64,000 nt of DNA from Octopus vulgaris (GCA_951406725.2 OX597814.1:125178001-125242000); one strand, 5' to 3'. Shown: positions 13,806 to 28,953, numbered from the stretch's first letter. A program made the numbers and translations. Notes: generated from the letters alone by a model not told the origin.

Positions 13806-14034
13806 ACATCATCTTCCTTTCCTATACCAGTGGCTCTCAACCAGAATCCATATGACCCTTGAGGGTGGGGGTCCATATAAGATTTATTTTGTTCTTAAAA
13901 TTTATCTGCAATAAATAGTTTATACTTCTTTGATACACAAACTATTTCAACAAGTTTTTATACAATTCTTAATAATATTCAGTCATAAAAACACAGCTCA
14001 GTTAAGACACATATCCAGCCCAGTTAAGAATACC

Positions 14035-14385
14035 CCTGATACATCCTGCGATATGATATGCTTGAGAAGACCTGTTGAGTCAACTAAAACGAATATCGTA
14101 GCTGTGTTCAGTGCCCTCTGACTGGCTCCCATGCGGGTGGCACATAAAAAGCACTATCTGAATGTGATTGATGCCAGGCCCACTTGACTGGCTCTTGTAC
14201 CAGTGGCATATAAAAAACACCCACTACACTCTCAGAGAGGCTGGCATTAGGAAGGGCATCCAGCTGTAGAAACATTGCCAGATCAAATTGGAGCCTAATG
14301 CAGCTGCTGGCTCTCCAAACCTCAGTCAAATCATCCAACCCATGCCAGCATGGAAAATGGACATTGAACGATGAGGATGATGATA
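14035..14385 (+). mobile_element. SINE family B
   Basis: gcttgagaagacctgttgagtcaa..., palindromic modules and the family B tail. Confidence 0.88.
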
Positions 14386-14544
14386 ACAACAGCAAATGGC
14401 TATGGAGATCCAGTAGGGTTAAGTAGAAAGCAAAGGAGCCAATAGCCAAAAAATGGTTGAAAATCACTGTTCTATATTGTGGCTCACTTCCTTAATTCTC
14501 ACATTAACCATCCATTCACTTGCAGGTGAAGTAAAGGTAAAGTT

Positions 14545-15182
14545 ATCTGCTTGAGTCATGCCGACTCATAAGTATACCATGAGGCTGGTTTCCCAGTTTC
14601 GTGGCATATATATTCCTTCACCTGGATGGGACACTGGTCCATCACTGGCTTACTAATTTTTGCTAGCTCAGTGGACTGGAGCAACAGGAAATGAAATGTT
14701 TTGCTCAATGTGTCAACCGGTCTAGGAATCAAAACCACAATCTTATGATCATGGATCCAGCACCCTAACCACTAAGCCACACACCTCCACAAATTACCCT
14801 CTCAAGTCATACTGACTCATAAGAGCCAATTTCCAGGTTTCCATTTCATATAAATTCACAGGATTTATATGCCATGGAAACCTTTTTCAGTTCATCTAAC
14901 TTCTAGAAACAGGGTGCATAAAAAAATTTAATTCTGTATGTAGATTTTATTAAATTTTAAAAATGAAATGTATTTTGAAAAACACCGACCTTATAATCAC
15001 TCAATGTGTGTATACATTTTTTTTGGACACTCTGTGAATTTTTGCCAGCAGAGTAGATTGGAGCAACATGAACATACATTGTGTCTTGCTCAAGAACACA
15101 ATATATTGATTGGTCCAGGAATTGAAATCACAATCTTATGATCATGAGTCCAACATCCTAACCACTAAGTCATGCACTTCCA
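14545..15182 (-). mobile_element. Two head-to-tail copies of a tRNA-derived SINE, the second interrupted
   Basis: gtcatRcYgactcataag...tggagcaaca...ttgctcaa...aatcttatgatcatg..ctaaccactaag at both 14551-14790 and 14803-15182. Confidence 0.75.
14910..15034. mobile_element. Small Tc1/mariner-like MITE remnant
   Basis: Ends cagggtgcataaaaaaa and tttttttggacactctg (imperfect CAGGGTGTCC-type TIR). Interrupts a SINE. Confidence 0.55.
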
Positions 15183-15189
15183 TATTTAC

Positions 15190-15480
15190 CTGCAGAGGCT
15201 GTCCTTTTCTCCTTAGAGAGTCAGTTCTCTGTATATCTTTCTCAGGTCAATATCTGTGATCAAACTGAACATCAACCGTATTGCTCTCCTCTGTGTGGAA
15301 AAAAGTGTAAAAATCTGGGAAAGTCATAGGTAGCACCTTTTCCACTCAACAAAGCCATAAAAATCGATACTTTCTCTGAATTCAAAGTATTCTTTGCAGC
15401 ATAGCATTTAGCTTGGTGTGTAGCGAAAAGAAATCTTTTATTCATGTTGAAGAATAACTCGCTTCCATCTCAAAGATGGG
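15190..15480 (-). mobile_element. Very old RTE-type RT fragment
   Basis: MLCCKEYFEFRESIDFYGFVEWKRCY resembles RT motif EKCREYNKPL.LAFVDYEKAFD. Stops in all frames. Confidence 0.45.
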
Positions 15481-15700
15481 TTATACAAAATATTAGAAGG
15501 CATCTCTGATCGTAATGTTTTCAGTGTTATTACCTGTAATTGTTATCTTCAATACAAAACATTTCAAGGATGAATATAGATTTTAGATCTCTTCTTAGAA
15601 ACCTACAATCTGTCAGGTATATGCTTATGTTTACTAGTTCGCACATTCACATGTTCACATACAAAACACAAAATATAGGTGTGTGTGTGTGTATATATAT

Positions 15701-15743
<43 letters not shown>

Positions 15744-16048
15744 CATACACACACACATATATACAGATATACATATGTATGTATGTATGTACATATATAT
15801 ATATGTATATAAGTATGCATGCATGTATGTATGTACGCATGTATGTTTGTATGTGTGTATAGTTTACCGTTCTGTTAAGATCAACAAAAATGTACTCCAT
15901 CCAGTGAGAGATAAATATTGTTTTATGTACACAGTATAAAGATATGAATGTTATATGTATCTATAGCTCTGTGTGTGTGTGTATATGTATATATATATAT
16001 AAATATGAAAAAACATATCAACTCGTGTGTTCCTTTTCACCCTTATAC

Positions 16049-16083
<35 letters not shown>

Positions 16084-16889
16084 GCAAGAGAGAGAGAGAT
16101 ATGCACATACATATAAACATATATATATATAGATACATATATACACATATACATATACATATGTATATACACACACACACACACACATATGTATATGTAT
16201 GTATGTATGTATACACTGAACATACGCACACATATAATTATATATATATATGTATATGTATTATGAGAACCACTCCTATGCCATTATTATTTACGGCTGA
16301 CACACAGTTTATCTTATTGTTCTATCACATCAGACCTATCTACAGGACACAATATTCAACAAATATCTTAATCTGATATATCTCTGAGATAATCCTCTTT
16401 CTGGTTACAAATGTCTTACACCTTTGGTTGCACATTAAATATTAAGTAGAACTGAAAGCACTTAGAATGTATATGACCATTTTGCTTCAGAGGCATTATT
16501 ATGTACCAGATGACATGGCTATAAACATGTTCTACTCTTTTTTCTATATGTCTAAGTTTCTAGTCTACTGGAAATAAGGTTGGACAACTGTCTTGCTGAT
16601 GACAGGTATTGAGATAGAAACACATGCCCACAACTATCCTCTAATCACCAAACAATAAGCTTGTCCTTTTCCTTAAAGGCATGTCAATTTTAGAAAAATT
16701 TTGATTCCTGGGCTTATCTCCCTTTCTCAGGTTAACCTGGTCTCAACTGGCATTTGATCGCTATAATATGTCCTCTAGAGCTAGGGATAATTTTAATAAA
16801 TCAACCATTTATGTTGCATGGTATTTGATCTACTTGTATTCATTTTATATTAGATAGATATGTATATATATATATATAATATCCAAAAA

Positions 16890-17250
16890 TGGGACAAGTA
16901 CACAAAACATCCAGACAGTTATGTGAAACAAAAAAAAAGGAAAAAAAAATATCCAGACAGATGATACAAGGAAAACAAGGAGGACGGATCATTCGGAGTT
17001 TTTTATCCTCAGTCGAGTTCCAGATTATCTTTGCAATTTTGGTTGGTTATACTCGAGATTGCTCTAATCTGGCCAGCCCCAAGGAAAAAATAAGCTAAGA
17101 GTATTACATTCCTTGGAAGAAAGCAGCGAATGTATACAAAAACAAGGACAGAAAAGAAAAACAAAACAGAAATGTTACACAAATACAAATAACAAGACAT
17201 AACAACAGGTGTCTTTCGACTATAGATGAATTAAATTAAGCTGGTGTGTG
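16890..17250 (-). repeat. Probable Penelope pseudo-LTR (homologous to 830-1170)
   Basis: Direct similarity to 830-1170. Confidence 0.6.
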
Positions 17251-17253
17251 TGG

Positions 17254-17410
17254 AGCTCAGTCGGTAGAGTATCAGACTTTTATGTACTGTCGAGTGATGA
17301 AATCTGGTGGTTGCGGGTTCATGTCCCTCTGCGGGCGATAAGATTTTAACACTGGTGCATCAGCATGGCTGCAGCTATGAGCTGAAACTACAGCAAAACA
17401 AAAAAAAAAT
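17254..17410 (+). mobile_element. Short SINE: intron-containing tRNA-Lys(UUU)-derived head plus CR1-type 3' tail
   Basis: AGCTCAGTCGGTAGAG.ATCAGA-CT-TTT-A-[19 nt]-ATCTG...GGGTTCA.GTCCC...CGGGCG matches eukaryotic tRNA-Lys(TTT). Tail gtgcatcagcat..gcagctatgagctgaaac matches the 3' end of the CR1 at 36.5 kb. 5' acceptor arm missing. Confidence 0.85.
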
Positions 17411-17766
17411 CATTATCATTTAAACGTGTTTTCTGTGCTGGTATGGATAACTTGACAGGAATTGATCAAGCCAGGGACTACATCAGGACCAGGTTCTCCT
17501 AGTTTGTAATGGCTTGGTGTCAACAGCTTGATGTGTTTCCTAATACTGGGCACATTTTATGTGACACCATCACCAATACTTTTAACGTGACATCATCACC
17601 AATGCCTTTTTATGTGGCACCAATACCAATGCTTTTATGTTACATCTTGATTTTAGGACACCAGTTCTGTTGTTGATAGATGGGTCTTGTTGAGTACAGC
17701 AACGTTCCACACAGACACATATAATTACACACACACATATATATGTAATTATATATGTATGTATAA

Positions 17767-17801
<35 letters not shown>

Positions 17802-18473
17802 AATGCAAAGTGTGGGGGTTTAGTTCACAGGTGATCTAAATGATTAGGTACACTAAGTAAGTGCTATAACAGATTACTGGGGCTCCAAGGTTATAGTTGA
17901 GACGGTAGTTATGGAGCCATTTCAGATTTCTGATGCAGGAGATTTATAATTGTTAAACAGGATGTCAAACATCTCAAGTCATATACAATTTCTCCCTTAT
18001 TACAAAGAATAAGTCCTGGGGTCGATTTGCTCGACTAAAGGTGGTGCTCCAACATGGCCACAGTCAAATGACTGAAACAAGTAAAAGAGTGAAAGAGTAA
18101 GGATTGAGGGTGGAAGACCAAAATCAGCAGATGTGAGTGGAGTCAAGAATTGATGAAGATGAAAGAAGCTAAGAATAGGTGAAGAGGAGAGGTTGAGAGT
18201 TTTAGCCAAGGAAAAAGAGAAGGAGGGAAACATTAGTTGGTGAGTGTAAGAGAAAGAGTGCATTCCCTTCACATACACTCACACACACACACACACAGTC
18301 ATACGTACACACACGGTCATACATATAAACGCACAGATGCTGTTGGTCAGAGGAAGCCCAGGGTTACTATATCCTTCAAAAGGCTGAATTATTTGACCAC
18401 CAGTCTTAAACACACATTCATAAACTCCTTATTTATAGGCATACAAATACACACACTGTGACAGACATACATG

Positions 18474-18785
18474 TGGAGGCACATGGCACAGTGGTTAGAG
18501 CAGCGGACTTGTGGTCAAAAGATCGTGGGTTCGAATCTCAGACTGGGCGATGTGTGTGTTTATGAGCGAAACACCTAAGCTCCACATGGCTCCAGCAGAA
18601 GGTAATGGTGAACTTCTGCTGATTCTTTTGCCACAACTTTCTCTCACTCTTTCCTCCTGCATCTTGCAGCTCACCTGCAACAGACCAGCATCCTGTCCAG
18701 GTGGGGAACCTATACGCCAAGGAAACCAGGAAACTGGCCCTATGAGCCAGGCATGGCTTGGGAAGGAACAAACAAAACAACAACT
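18474..18785 (+). mobile_element. SINE family D (tRNA head), TSD gacatacat
   Basis: tggcacagtggttagagc (A box) and gggttcgaatctc (B box). Near-identical inverted copy at 22953-23260. Confidence 0.9.
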
Positions 18786-19784
18786 GACATACATAGTTGT
18801 ATGAAGACAAAAACCAGAGCAATCCTTTAGAGATACAGTACCACATTGAAAGCTAGCTCCACATGTAGAAAGAGATAAACCAATACAATCCTTCAGAGAT
18901 ACAGTCCTATAGTCAAAGACAGACTCTCACAGTGTGTTGCATTCAAAGTGACCACCCAACATCGTTACAGATAGAGCAACACAATGACTTAAAGATAGAC
19001 CACCACAGAATGAGGTGAGAGTAGACCATTAAATAAATTAACGACCAATGAAAACCTTTGGTAATTAGTGTCGGCTTATTCAAATCTTTGTGATTGTTTT
19101 AACAAAAACTGATTAAAATTGAATTAAAAATCTGTTCACAAAAAACTTAAAATATCTTCAATGAGAGAATGAGAGAAGAAGGGAAAAAATTAAATGTAAA
19201 AAAATTAAAATGAAATAAAAGCAACTAAAAAAAAACTTGTTTGATATAAGAAGAATAACAAAAAAAAATGAGGAAAAAGATAGAAACAATTCTTAAAAAT
19301 CAATTAAGCTGAATCAAAATCAAACTCAAATAATTTGGATGAAAAAAAAAAGTCTATAAAGTTAATTAAAAACTTAATCCAAAAATCAATAGCTAATCTT
19401 ATGTTTCTCCTGGCTTTTATAATTTTTTTTGTTAGTTGTGGGTGGTGGCTAAAGAAATGGTGAGACATTAGCAGCCTCTCTCTATCTCTCTTTCTCGGTC
19501 TTTCTCTCCATCCCATTCTCACTCAATCTCTCTTTCTCTCTCTCTCTCTCTTTCGCTCTCACTCTTTGTGACTCCCCCTCCACTGCCACATTAAACATAC
19601 AAAATCAATTGTGATTTCAGCTTATTTCATCACATGTCAACGTTTGTTGGTCCCCCGCAAAAAAAACCCCCAGCTTCGTCTCTCCTTTTGTGCACTGTCT
19701 TTCACATCAGCAACTCAGATTATCTCTGCTTCTCTTTTTCTCTCTACTTCTCTGTCTGTCTATCTGTCTATCTGTCAATCTGTC

Positions 19785-19820
<36 letters not shown>

Positions 19821-19853
19821 CATCTACTCATGTCTGTTATAACATCGCTCTCT

Positions 19854-20013
<160 letters not shown>

Positions 20014-20419
20014 GTCCTCCCGTAGTGACACATACAGTTCAAAAGTAGGAGACAAATGTTAGATATAGGAAAGTTTTATTCAATACTAATCAGTTTATAC
20101 AGAAAGCCATAAAAAACAACAAAACTACACAACACAGAACTAACAAGAGTGAGAACCAATTAACACATGCAGTGTGGAAACAGTTGCTAGAGACTTGTGT
20201 TAAAACAACATACTATGATGTGGGATAAACTGTGTACTAAAAAATCTATATATCTCTATGTGTGCACATGTGTGTGTGTGTGAGTGTATGTGTGTGGGTG
20301 TGTGTGTGTATGTGTGTGTGTATGTGTGTATGATCATGTGTACGTACCTTTGTGCATCTAGGCTTGTGTATATGTGTATTTGTTTGTGTATGTATTTACA
20401 TATTTGTACATTTGTGTGG

Positions 20420-20451
<32 letters not shown>

Positions 20452-20522
20452 ATAATAATAATAATAATAATAAAAATAATAATAATAATAATAACAATAG
20501 CAATAATGATAATAACAACAAC

Positions 20523-20583
<61 letters not shown>

Positions 20584-20603
20584 TGAGGGAATAAGGTGTT
20601 TTT

Positions 20604-20653
<50 letters not shown>

Positions 20654-22277
20654 AAAGTACATATACATATCTGTGTATGCAGGTGTGTTTATCTCTGTAT
20701 TATTGCTTGTGTGTATGTTAACGTGTGTATGTGAGTGCATGTTTATATGTATGCGTACATATTTGTATGTTCATGTATGTGTGTTTGCATACATGCCTGT
20801 ATGTATGTTGATTTCTGTATCTCCAGCTATGTACAAATGCTTGCAAATATATGTATATATGTGTATCCATGTATATTTATGTATCTCTGTGTGTGTATGA
20901 GTGTATATATTTCCACATTTGCATTTATATATGCATATGTGAATGTGATGTATATGAAATTATATGCATGTATGCACATATATGTATGCATATACATGTA
21001 TGAGCATGTATATATTTGCATATATATATATATGTGCATGTATGTGAATATATATATATATATGTATGCATATGTATGTGCATGTATGTATTTGCACATA
21101 TATATGTGTATATGTATGTGTATATATGTCTATATATGTATGCATGTATATGCAAGCATGTATCTGCTTCTATGTGTATATGTCCTATATGTGTATTTTA
21201 TAGCTTTGTGTTTTGTGTTAATTAAATTATAGTTTTAGATCCTCCAACTTAATTTCACTTTATGTTGTTCCCTCTGTAATAAACACCCAATTAAAATACA
21301 CCAGAACCAGCCTCTACTTGATCACTCAATCTGCTAGAAATAGCAGCCAAATCACTTGCAAATCACACCATACCATTTCAAAAATAGAATAACACATTGC
21401 ATATTGTAGTCCCATGAGATAACCAAAACATTTATGAGATTTTTTTTCATAGTAAGTCTTGAATGTTTATTAAATGTTTATTAAATGTCTTACTCATTGG
21501 TTTCAAATTTTGGCACAAACCAGCAATTCTGAGGAAGCAGGTAAGTTGATTACATCAACCCCAGTGTTCACTCTCTAGGATTTTAATTTTTTGAGCCCAA
21601 AAGTATGAAAGCCAAAGCTGGTCCTGGCAGCATTTGAATTCAAAATGTAACAACAGAAGAACTGCCTCTATTCATTTTTCGAACATGTTAATATTACTAC
21701 CAGCTCACCACTTAATAAAATGTCTTGTTGAAAGAAGGACTTTTCAAAGTCACAACTCTTTCTCAAAGAAGAATAAATTTATTAATCCCAACTCCATAAA
21801 ATACTTAGCCACCTACTCTTTAATTTGTTTTATTGTAGAACAGTTTGCTTCACATATGATTGTCTAGCAACAGAAACATAGAGATTATCACCAGTAGAAA
21901 TGCAAGGAGAATCATCATCATCATCCCCACCACCACCAACATTATCATCATCATTATCATCCCCACCACAACCACCACCATCATCGTCATCATCAGCATC
22001 ACCACAACCAGCATCATGGTTATTGTTGCCATTGTCAATTTAGGTTGCCACTCACCAGAAGGGATGGGTGTCACATTTCTCAAAAGGAGCAACACCTCTG
22101 ATCCTGCCACCTAAGACTCCTTGTACCCAAAATGTGGTGGAAGGGGAAGTTCATTGCTGTTGTCTAGTTTTAAATCAGCCCTGACTTTCTGAGGATGTTG
22201 CACTTGTGATTATCTCATCTTTTATTCAAACAAGTTATATCAAGGATCATGCAATTCATCCTCTCTCACTCTCTCTC

Positions 22278-22353
<76 letters not shown>

Positions 22354-22427
22354 TCCTTTTTAAGTCATAAGAAGGGATTTGAGTAGGATTTGCAGCTATT
22401 TCTACCAGATAATGAACCACAATGTAT

Positions 22428-22668
22428 GTCTCTTATTTCTTATTTCTTTATTGCCTGCAAGGAGCTAAACATAGAGGGGAAAAACAAGAACAAAGGGATT
22501 AAGTCGATAACATCGACCCCAGGGCATAACTGGTACTTAATTTATCGACCCCGAAAGGATGAAAGGTAAAGTCGACCTTGACAGAATTTGAACTCAGAAC
22601 GTAAAGGCAGACGAAATACCGCTAAGCATCTTGCCCGGTGCACTAACGTTTCTGCTAGCTCACTGCCT
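22428..22668 (-). mobile_element. SINE family C
   Basis: Matches the 1721-1922 and 49871-50099 copies. Confidence 0.9.
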
Positions 22669-22952
22669 TATGTCTCTTGTTGGCTTGTGATGGGTTAGTT
22701 CTAAATGATGGGACATTTTGTCACTCTGAGTCATTCCTTACTTTGTGATGCTCATACAAATAATGCTTGGCCTGACACTCAAAATAGCCATTTCATTCTG
22801 ATAAACAAAGAAAAATCCACCACTAGCAAACAAATATAACATGACAAGTACCATGTTCCATGCTCTCAGTAATGGTTTTAATTGCATCTGTCATTGTGAA
22901 CAGACATCAGAACCCTCTCGGCATTTGTGCCCTTTTGAGCCAGCAGAACATT

Positions 22953-23260
22953 GTGTTTGTTTGTTCCTTCTCGAGCCACACCTGGCTCATAAGGCCAGTT
23001 TTTCCGGTTTCCTTGGCATATAGGTTCCCCTCCTGGACAGGACGCCAGTCTGTCACAGGTGAGCTGCAAGATGCAGGAGGAAAGAGTGAGAGAAAGTTGT
23101 GGCAAAAGAGTCATCAGAAGTTTGCCATTCCCTTCTGCCGGAGCCACCTGAAGCTTAGATGTTTCGCTCATAAACACACACATTGCCCAGTCTGAGATTC
23201 GAATCCGCAATCCCTCGACCACGAGTCAGCTGCTCTAAACACCAGGCCATGTGCCTCCAC
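22953..23260 (-). mobile_element. SINE family D with 12-bp TSD cagcagaacatt
   Basis: Reverse complement of 18474-18785. TSD at 22941-22952 and 23260-23271. Confidence 0.92.
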
Positions 23261-23486
23261 AGCAGAACATTGATGGTATGACAATTGGAGTAGAAAGGGC
23301 TGCATGAGTACCAGCAGAAAATGAGTTACAAGCATTAAATTGGTTCTTATTTCCTGTGAGAAACTGGAGCAATGTGGGATGAAGAGTTTTGCTCAAATAT
23401 ATAACACACAATTCAGTTGAGGAATTGAATCTACAACCTCATACCTGTAAATCCAACACTTTAACCACTGGACGAGATACATACAT

Positions 23487-23903
23487 AGGCACAGGAGTGG
23501 CTGTGTGGTAAGTAGCTGGCTTACCAACCACATGGTTCCGGGTTCAGTCCCACTGCATGGTACCTTGGGCAAGTGTTTTCTACTATAGTCTAGGGCCAAC
23601 CAAAGCCTTCTGAGTGGATTTGGTAGATGGAAACTGAAAGAAGCCCGTCGTATATATGCATATATATATGTATGTATGTGTGTGTATATGTTTGTGTGTC
23701 TGTGTTTGTCCCCCACCAACATCGCTTGGCAACCGATGCTGGTGTGTTTACATCCCTATAACCTAGCAGTTCAGCAAAAGAGAGCGATAGAGTAAGTACT
23801 AGGCTTACAAAGAATAAGTTCTGGGGTCAATTTGCTCAACTAAAGGCGGTGCTCCAGCATGGCCGCAGTCAAATGACTGAAACAAGTAAAAGAGTAAAAG
23901 AGT
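23487..23903 (+). mobile_element. SINE family A
   Basis: Full-length match. Confidence 0.92.
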
Positions 23904-24729
23904 ATAACTTTGTTACACACCATTAATATAAATGTAGTGGTTCAACACAAATGTTAACTTATGAGTTCAAATACTGTTAAGTACAGCTTTGCTTTTGTAC
24001 TTGCAGGGTGCTGATAAAATCAAGCAACAGTCAAGTTGTAGGGTTGATGTAATCAGCTCTACCTTTCTCCATCAAATTTGAGAGCTTGTGTCTATGTTAG
24101 ATATATTTCACACTTTAGAACTTTCTGCAAAAAAAAACAGTGGTCTTTCTGTTGGAATCATGAGATAGTAACTCTTTTTGATATCAGAATATTCGAGGAA
24201 CATTCTGCACCAATGGACTCCTTTCATCATTCATTTCTGATACTTCCATGTTATCATGCATTCTTTAAACTACATTCTTTCAGCACAAGCAGGTTTAGAT
24301 ATGTCTTTCACACACTTCCTTCTATACATAAGTAATCTGTTCACAATTACACACATATACGCACACACATGCTCACACCCCTACACAAACCTGCACACAT
24401 CTGTACACATGCATGCATATGTACAGATATACATACAGAAATTCATACACTCATATGTATATATATATATATATATACAATATCTTTGGTAGAAAGATAG
24501 TATGACTGTAAGTGGAGTTATAAAGATGGAAAATTAATAGTGTGGCTATAGGGGAAGAAAAAGATAGGGAAGAGATATGGTATTTATAGAGTATGATACA
24601 GAGATATATTCCTGTTATGTATTATTAGTAAATTCCTCTGCAGCATAGCCTTTCAGAATACATATGCACACACAGATACATATAAGTATATATACATATA
24701 CATCTATATATTTATAAACATATATACAT

Positions 24730-25700
<971 letters not shown>

Positions 25701-26269
25701 CATATAATATCACATACCATATTAACAATCTCACACAAGTACATATTTATATGAGACTAATAAGCCGGCAGATTTAAAGTTGATTTTGGTAAAGTCTGAT
25801 GATGAAATGGTTCCAGAATGAAATAGTTTCCTCTCAAACACCACATAAAATTATTGTTTTTACTGTAGATTTAAGTATAATTTTTAATGCATATTCCTTT
25901 CAGAAAAATATAGTTTTAATATTTGATAAATAAATATTTTTTGGTGGAGAAAAGATTGCTTTTAAATTGAATAAATAAATATAAAGGATTTTTGTTAAAA
26001 ATTTTGATTTCTTTCAGATAATTGAGCATAATTGAGTATATATATATATATATGTGTTGAATATTATATAAATTTATTGAGTCTACTTTAAAATCAAACT
26101 TTTTTGTTTGTTTTTCATCTTTTTATGTATTTGATAATATATATTTGTAAAAATTGATTTGTGTGTGTGTATGCATGTGCATGTGTGCGTGCGTATACAT
26201 ACAAATACACACACACACACAACACAGATATTTATATATATATATACACATACATATATACATACATTT

Positions 26270-26630
26270 CATCATCATCATCATCATCATCGTTTAGCGT
26301 CCGTTTTCCATACTAGCATGGGTTGGATGGTTCTACTGGGGTCTGTGAAGCCAGGAGGCTTCATCAGGCCCAGTCAAATCTGGCAGTGTTTCTACGGCTG
26401 GATGCCCTTCCTAACGCCAACCACTCCGTGAGTGTAGTGGGTGCTTTTTATGTGCCACCCGCACAGATGCCAGACAGAGCTGGCAAACGGCCACGAACGG
26501 ATGGTGCTTTTTACGTGCTACCGGCACGAGGCCAGTCGGGGCGGCGCTGGCAACGGTCGCGAAACGGAAGGTTCTCTTCACCGGCACTGGTAACACATCT
26601 GCAATTTCCATTGATCGATTTCGATTCTGA
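26270..26630 (-). mobile_element. SINE family B, relatively young (many CpGs retained)
   Basis: (CAT)n tail, family B body and internal modules. Confidence 0.9.
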
Positions 26631-26687
26631 TCCTCATTTATATATATATATATATGTATATATGAATGTATATATATATATATATAT

Positions 26688-26753
<66 letters not shown>

Positions 26754-26828
26754 TGACAGATTGATAGATAGAGAGATAGATAGATTGATAGATGTGTGTA
26801 TATATATATGTATATGTATATATATATG

Positions 26829-26860
<32 letters not shown>

Positions 26861-28732
26861 TTCATACATGCATACATATAGGTATATATTTACCTGTATG
26901 TATGTATACAAATATATGTATATATTCATATATATATACACACACATACACATAGGTGTGCATGCATATATAGTCATCATCACGATCATCATCATTTTAA
27001 CATCTACTTTTCCCTGCTTGCATGGGACAGATGCAATTTGCTGAAGCAGATTTGCAGTAACTGGATGCTCTTCCAGTCACCAACTCTTACATGTTTTCCA
27101 GGAAGATAATGTTTCCCCATGACTGGATATGTTTTCATAGAAGATTCAAAATGAATGACATTATTTGCAACATGATGACATTCGTCAACAACTATCATGT
27201 GATGTCAAGACAAAGAGAGGCAAAAGACCGCATGTGCATGCACACATAGATGCAGATACATACACACAAACACATCCACACACGGATACACACACACACT
27301 CACACGCACACAATAGGCTTATTGGTACAGGCAATACATAAAAAGCACCCAGTACACATTGTAATGTGGTTGGCATTAGGGAGGACATTCAGCCATAAAA
27401 ACCATGGCAATGATGATATTGGAACCTGATGCAGTCCTGCAGCTTGCTACTTGCCTGTCAAATTGTCCAGACCCATACCTGCATGGCAAGCAGATGTTAA
27501 ATGATGAGGATAACGATGACAACAATATATATTCAACCAAATTCACTCTTAAGGCTTTGTTTGGCTTGAGGCTATAGAAGAGAAAACACTTGCATAAAGT
27601 GCATGCAGTAGGGCTGAACTTGAAATCATAGAGTTAGGAAGCAAACTCATTGATCACAAAAAACCATGCCTGCACTATATATAGTTGAAATTTACAGAAA
27701 AACAAAAAACAAAGACAGGTGTATAAACAACAAACAGGTGTATTAGTTTAATGCTTGGGAAGGTGAGAAAATCTTCTATATTTCAAGCCTATGCTCTTCA
27801 GCAGAAAGGAACATGATGAATTAAACAGAGAAAGAATAAAAAATCTTTTGGAGCTATGTATATATCATTTTTCTATAACATATTGTAACTGAAAAAGGAT
27901 TAGCCAAATCCCCCAAACACATGCTATCTTATAGAGTAAATACATCCCAGTACAATGAAAAAAATACTAATACAGAGCAGACTCTATACAATAATAATAA
28001 CAAAACCAACGGTAAAAAATTTGGATCATCAAACTGTTTTATATGTTTTAGTCTGACAGAGGGATCAGAGATCCATTTCAAACAGGGATAACTCTTTACA
28101 ATAAAAAAGTCCTTCATAATCAAATACCAACCACATCTAAATTCTTGTAGTGTAGACAAGGAAACAGCAACAGCCACCACCAACAATACTGCAATCCTTA
28201 TTGGTGCAATCAAGCAACTACTACTGAGTTGAAGATGGAAAACTGGTATAAGTCAACAACACAACTACTAATTCTGTCCCTTCCATCACCAAAAAAACCT
28301 AACTGCAACAAGTTTTATTAACTGGCCATCATTACCAACTAGCATCAATCCAAAGGTCACAAAAGGCAGTACCATATGATCTTTATAAGAAAAGTAAATG
28401 AATTTCTGGAGCTGATTATTATGAAAGATTTAAACTATTTAAATTTTCCTTTCAATTTTATGGAAAAGTGCTAAGTAGCAGAACATTTTGCTAGACTGAA
28501 AGGAGAAGAAGTACCCAGCATGGCTATTCCAATAAGACTGGCTGTTGAAGATTACCAATCCAGTTAGTATGGAGAATGTTTACACCCATTGCATTAAGAG
28601 AAAGAGTGGGAAGTGCAGCTGTGTGCAGGATAGGAGAGGTGCAGAAAGTGCATTTTGTTGGTTATGAAGTAAGAGGAGTTAAGTTGGAAACCAAAAGAAG
28701 GAGTTGAAAAGAGGTTTGGACAATATTGCTAA

Positions 28733-28953
28733 CCCTTTCATTACCGTATTTATTTTGAGATGCTCTGTGTTTCTTTTAATTATTTTAAATATAACAAAGA
28801 ATTTAGTAAAGTAACTTTGTTACCATTAAGCTAGTGTTAGTAACATAAATTGCGATTAAGGTTTGGTGGAAGATTTTAATTCAAAACTTATGAAAACAAG
28901 ACATTTGTACTACAGAGCCAGAGGCGATTTCAGCCAGGTTGGCAATGAAAGGG
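28733..28953. mobile_element. piggyBac-type MITE
   Basis: TIRs ccctttcattacc and ggcaatgaaaggg (13 bp, 1 mismatch). Flanked by ctaa and ttaa (TTAA-type target). Confidence 0.88.

Noticed and set aside
15190-15290. Minus-strand exon-like segment with strong acceptor and donor
   Set aside because: Stops in all three frames, and it lies in a decayed RT fragment.
17254-17337. Functional tRNA-Lys gene
   Set aside because: The 5' acceptor strand is missing, stems carry mismatches, and it is fused to a LINE-type tail, so it is treated as a SINE head.
25796-25830. CTGATGA...GAAA hammerhead boxes
   Set aside because: Stem I and the base of stem II do not pair convincingly. At best a heavily decayed copy.
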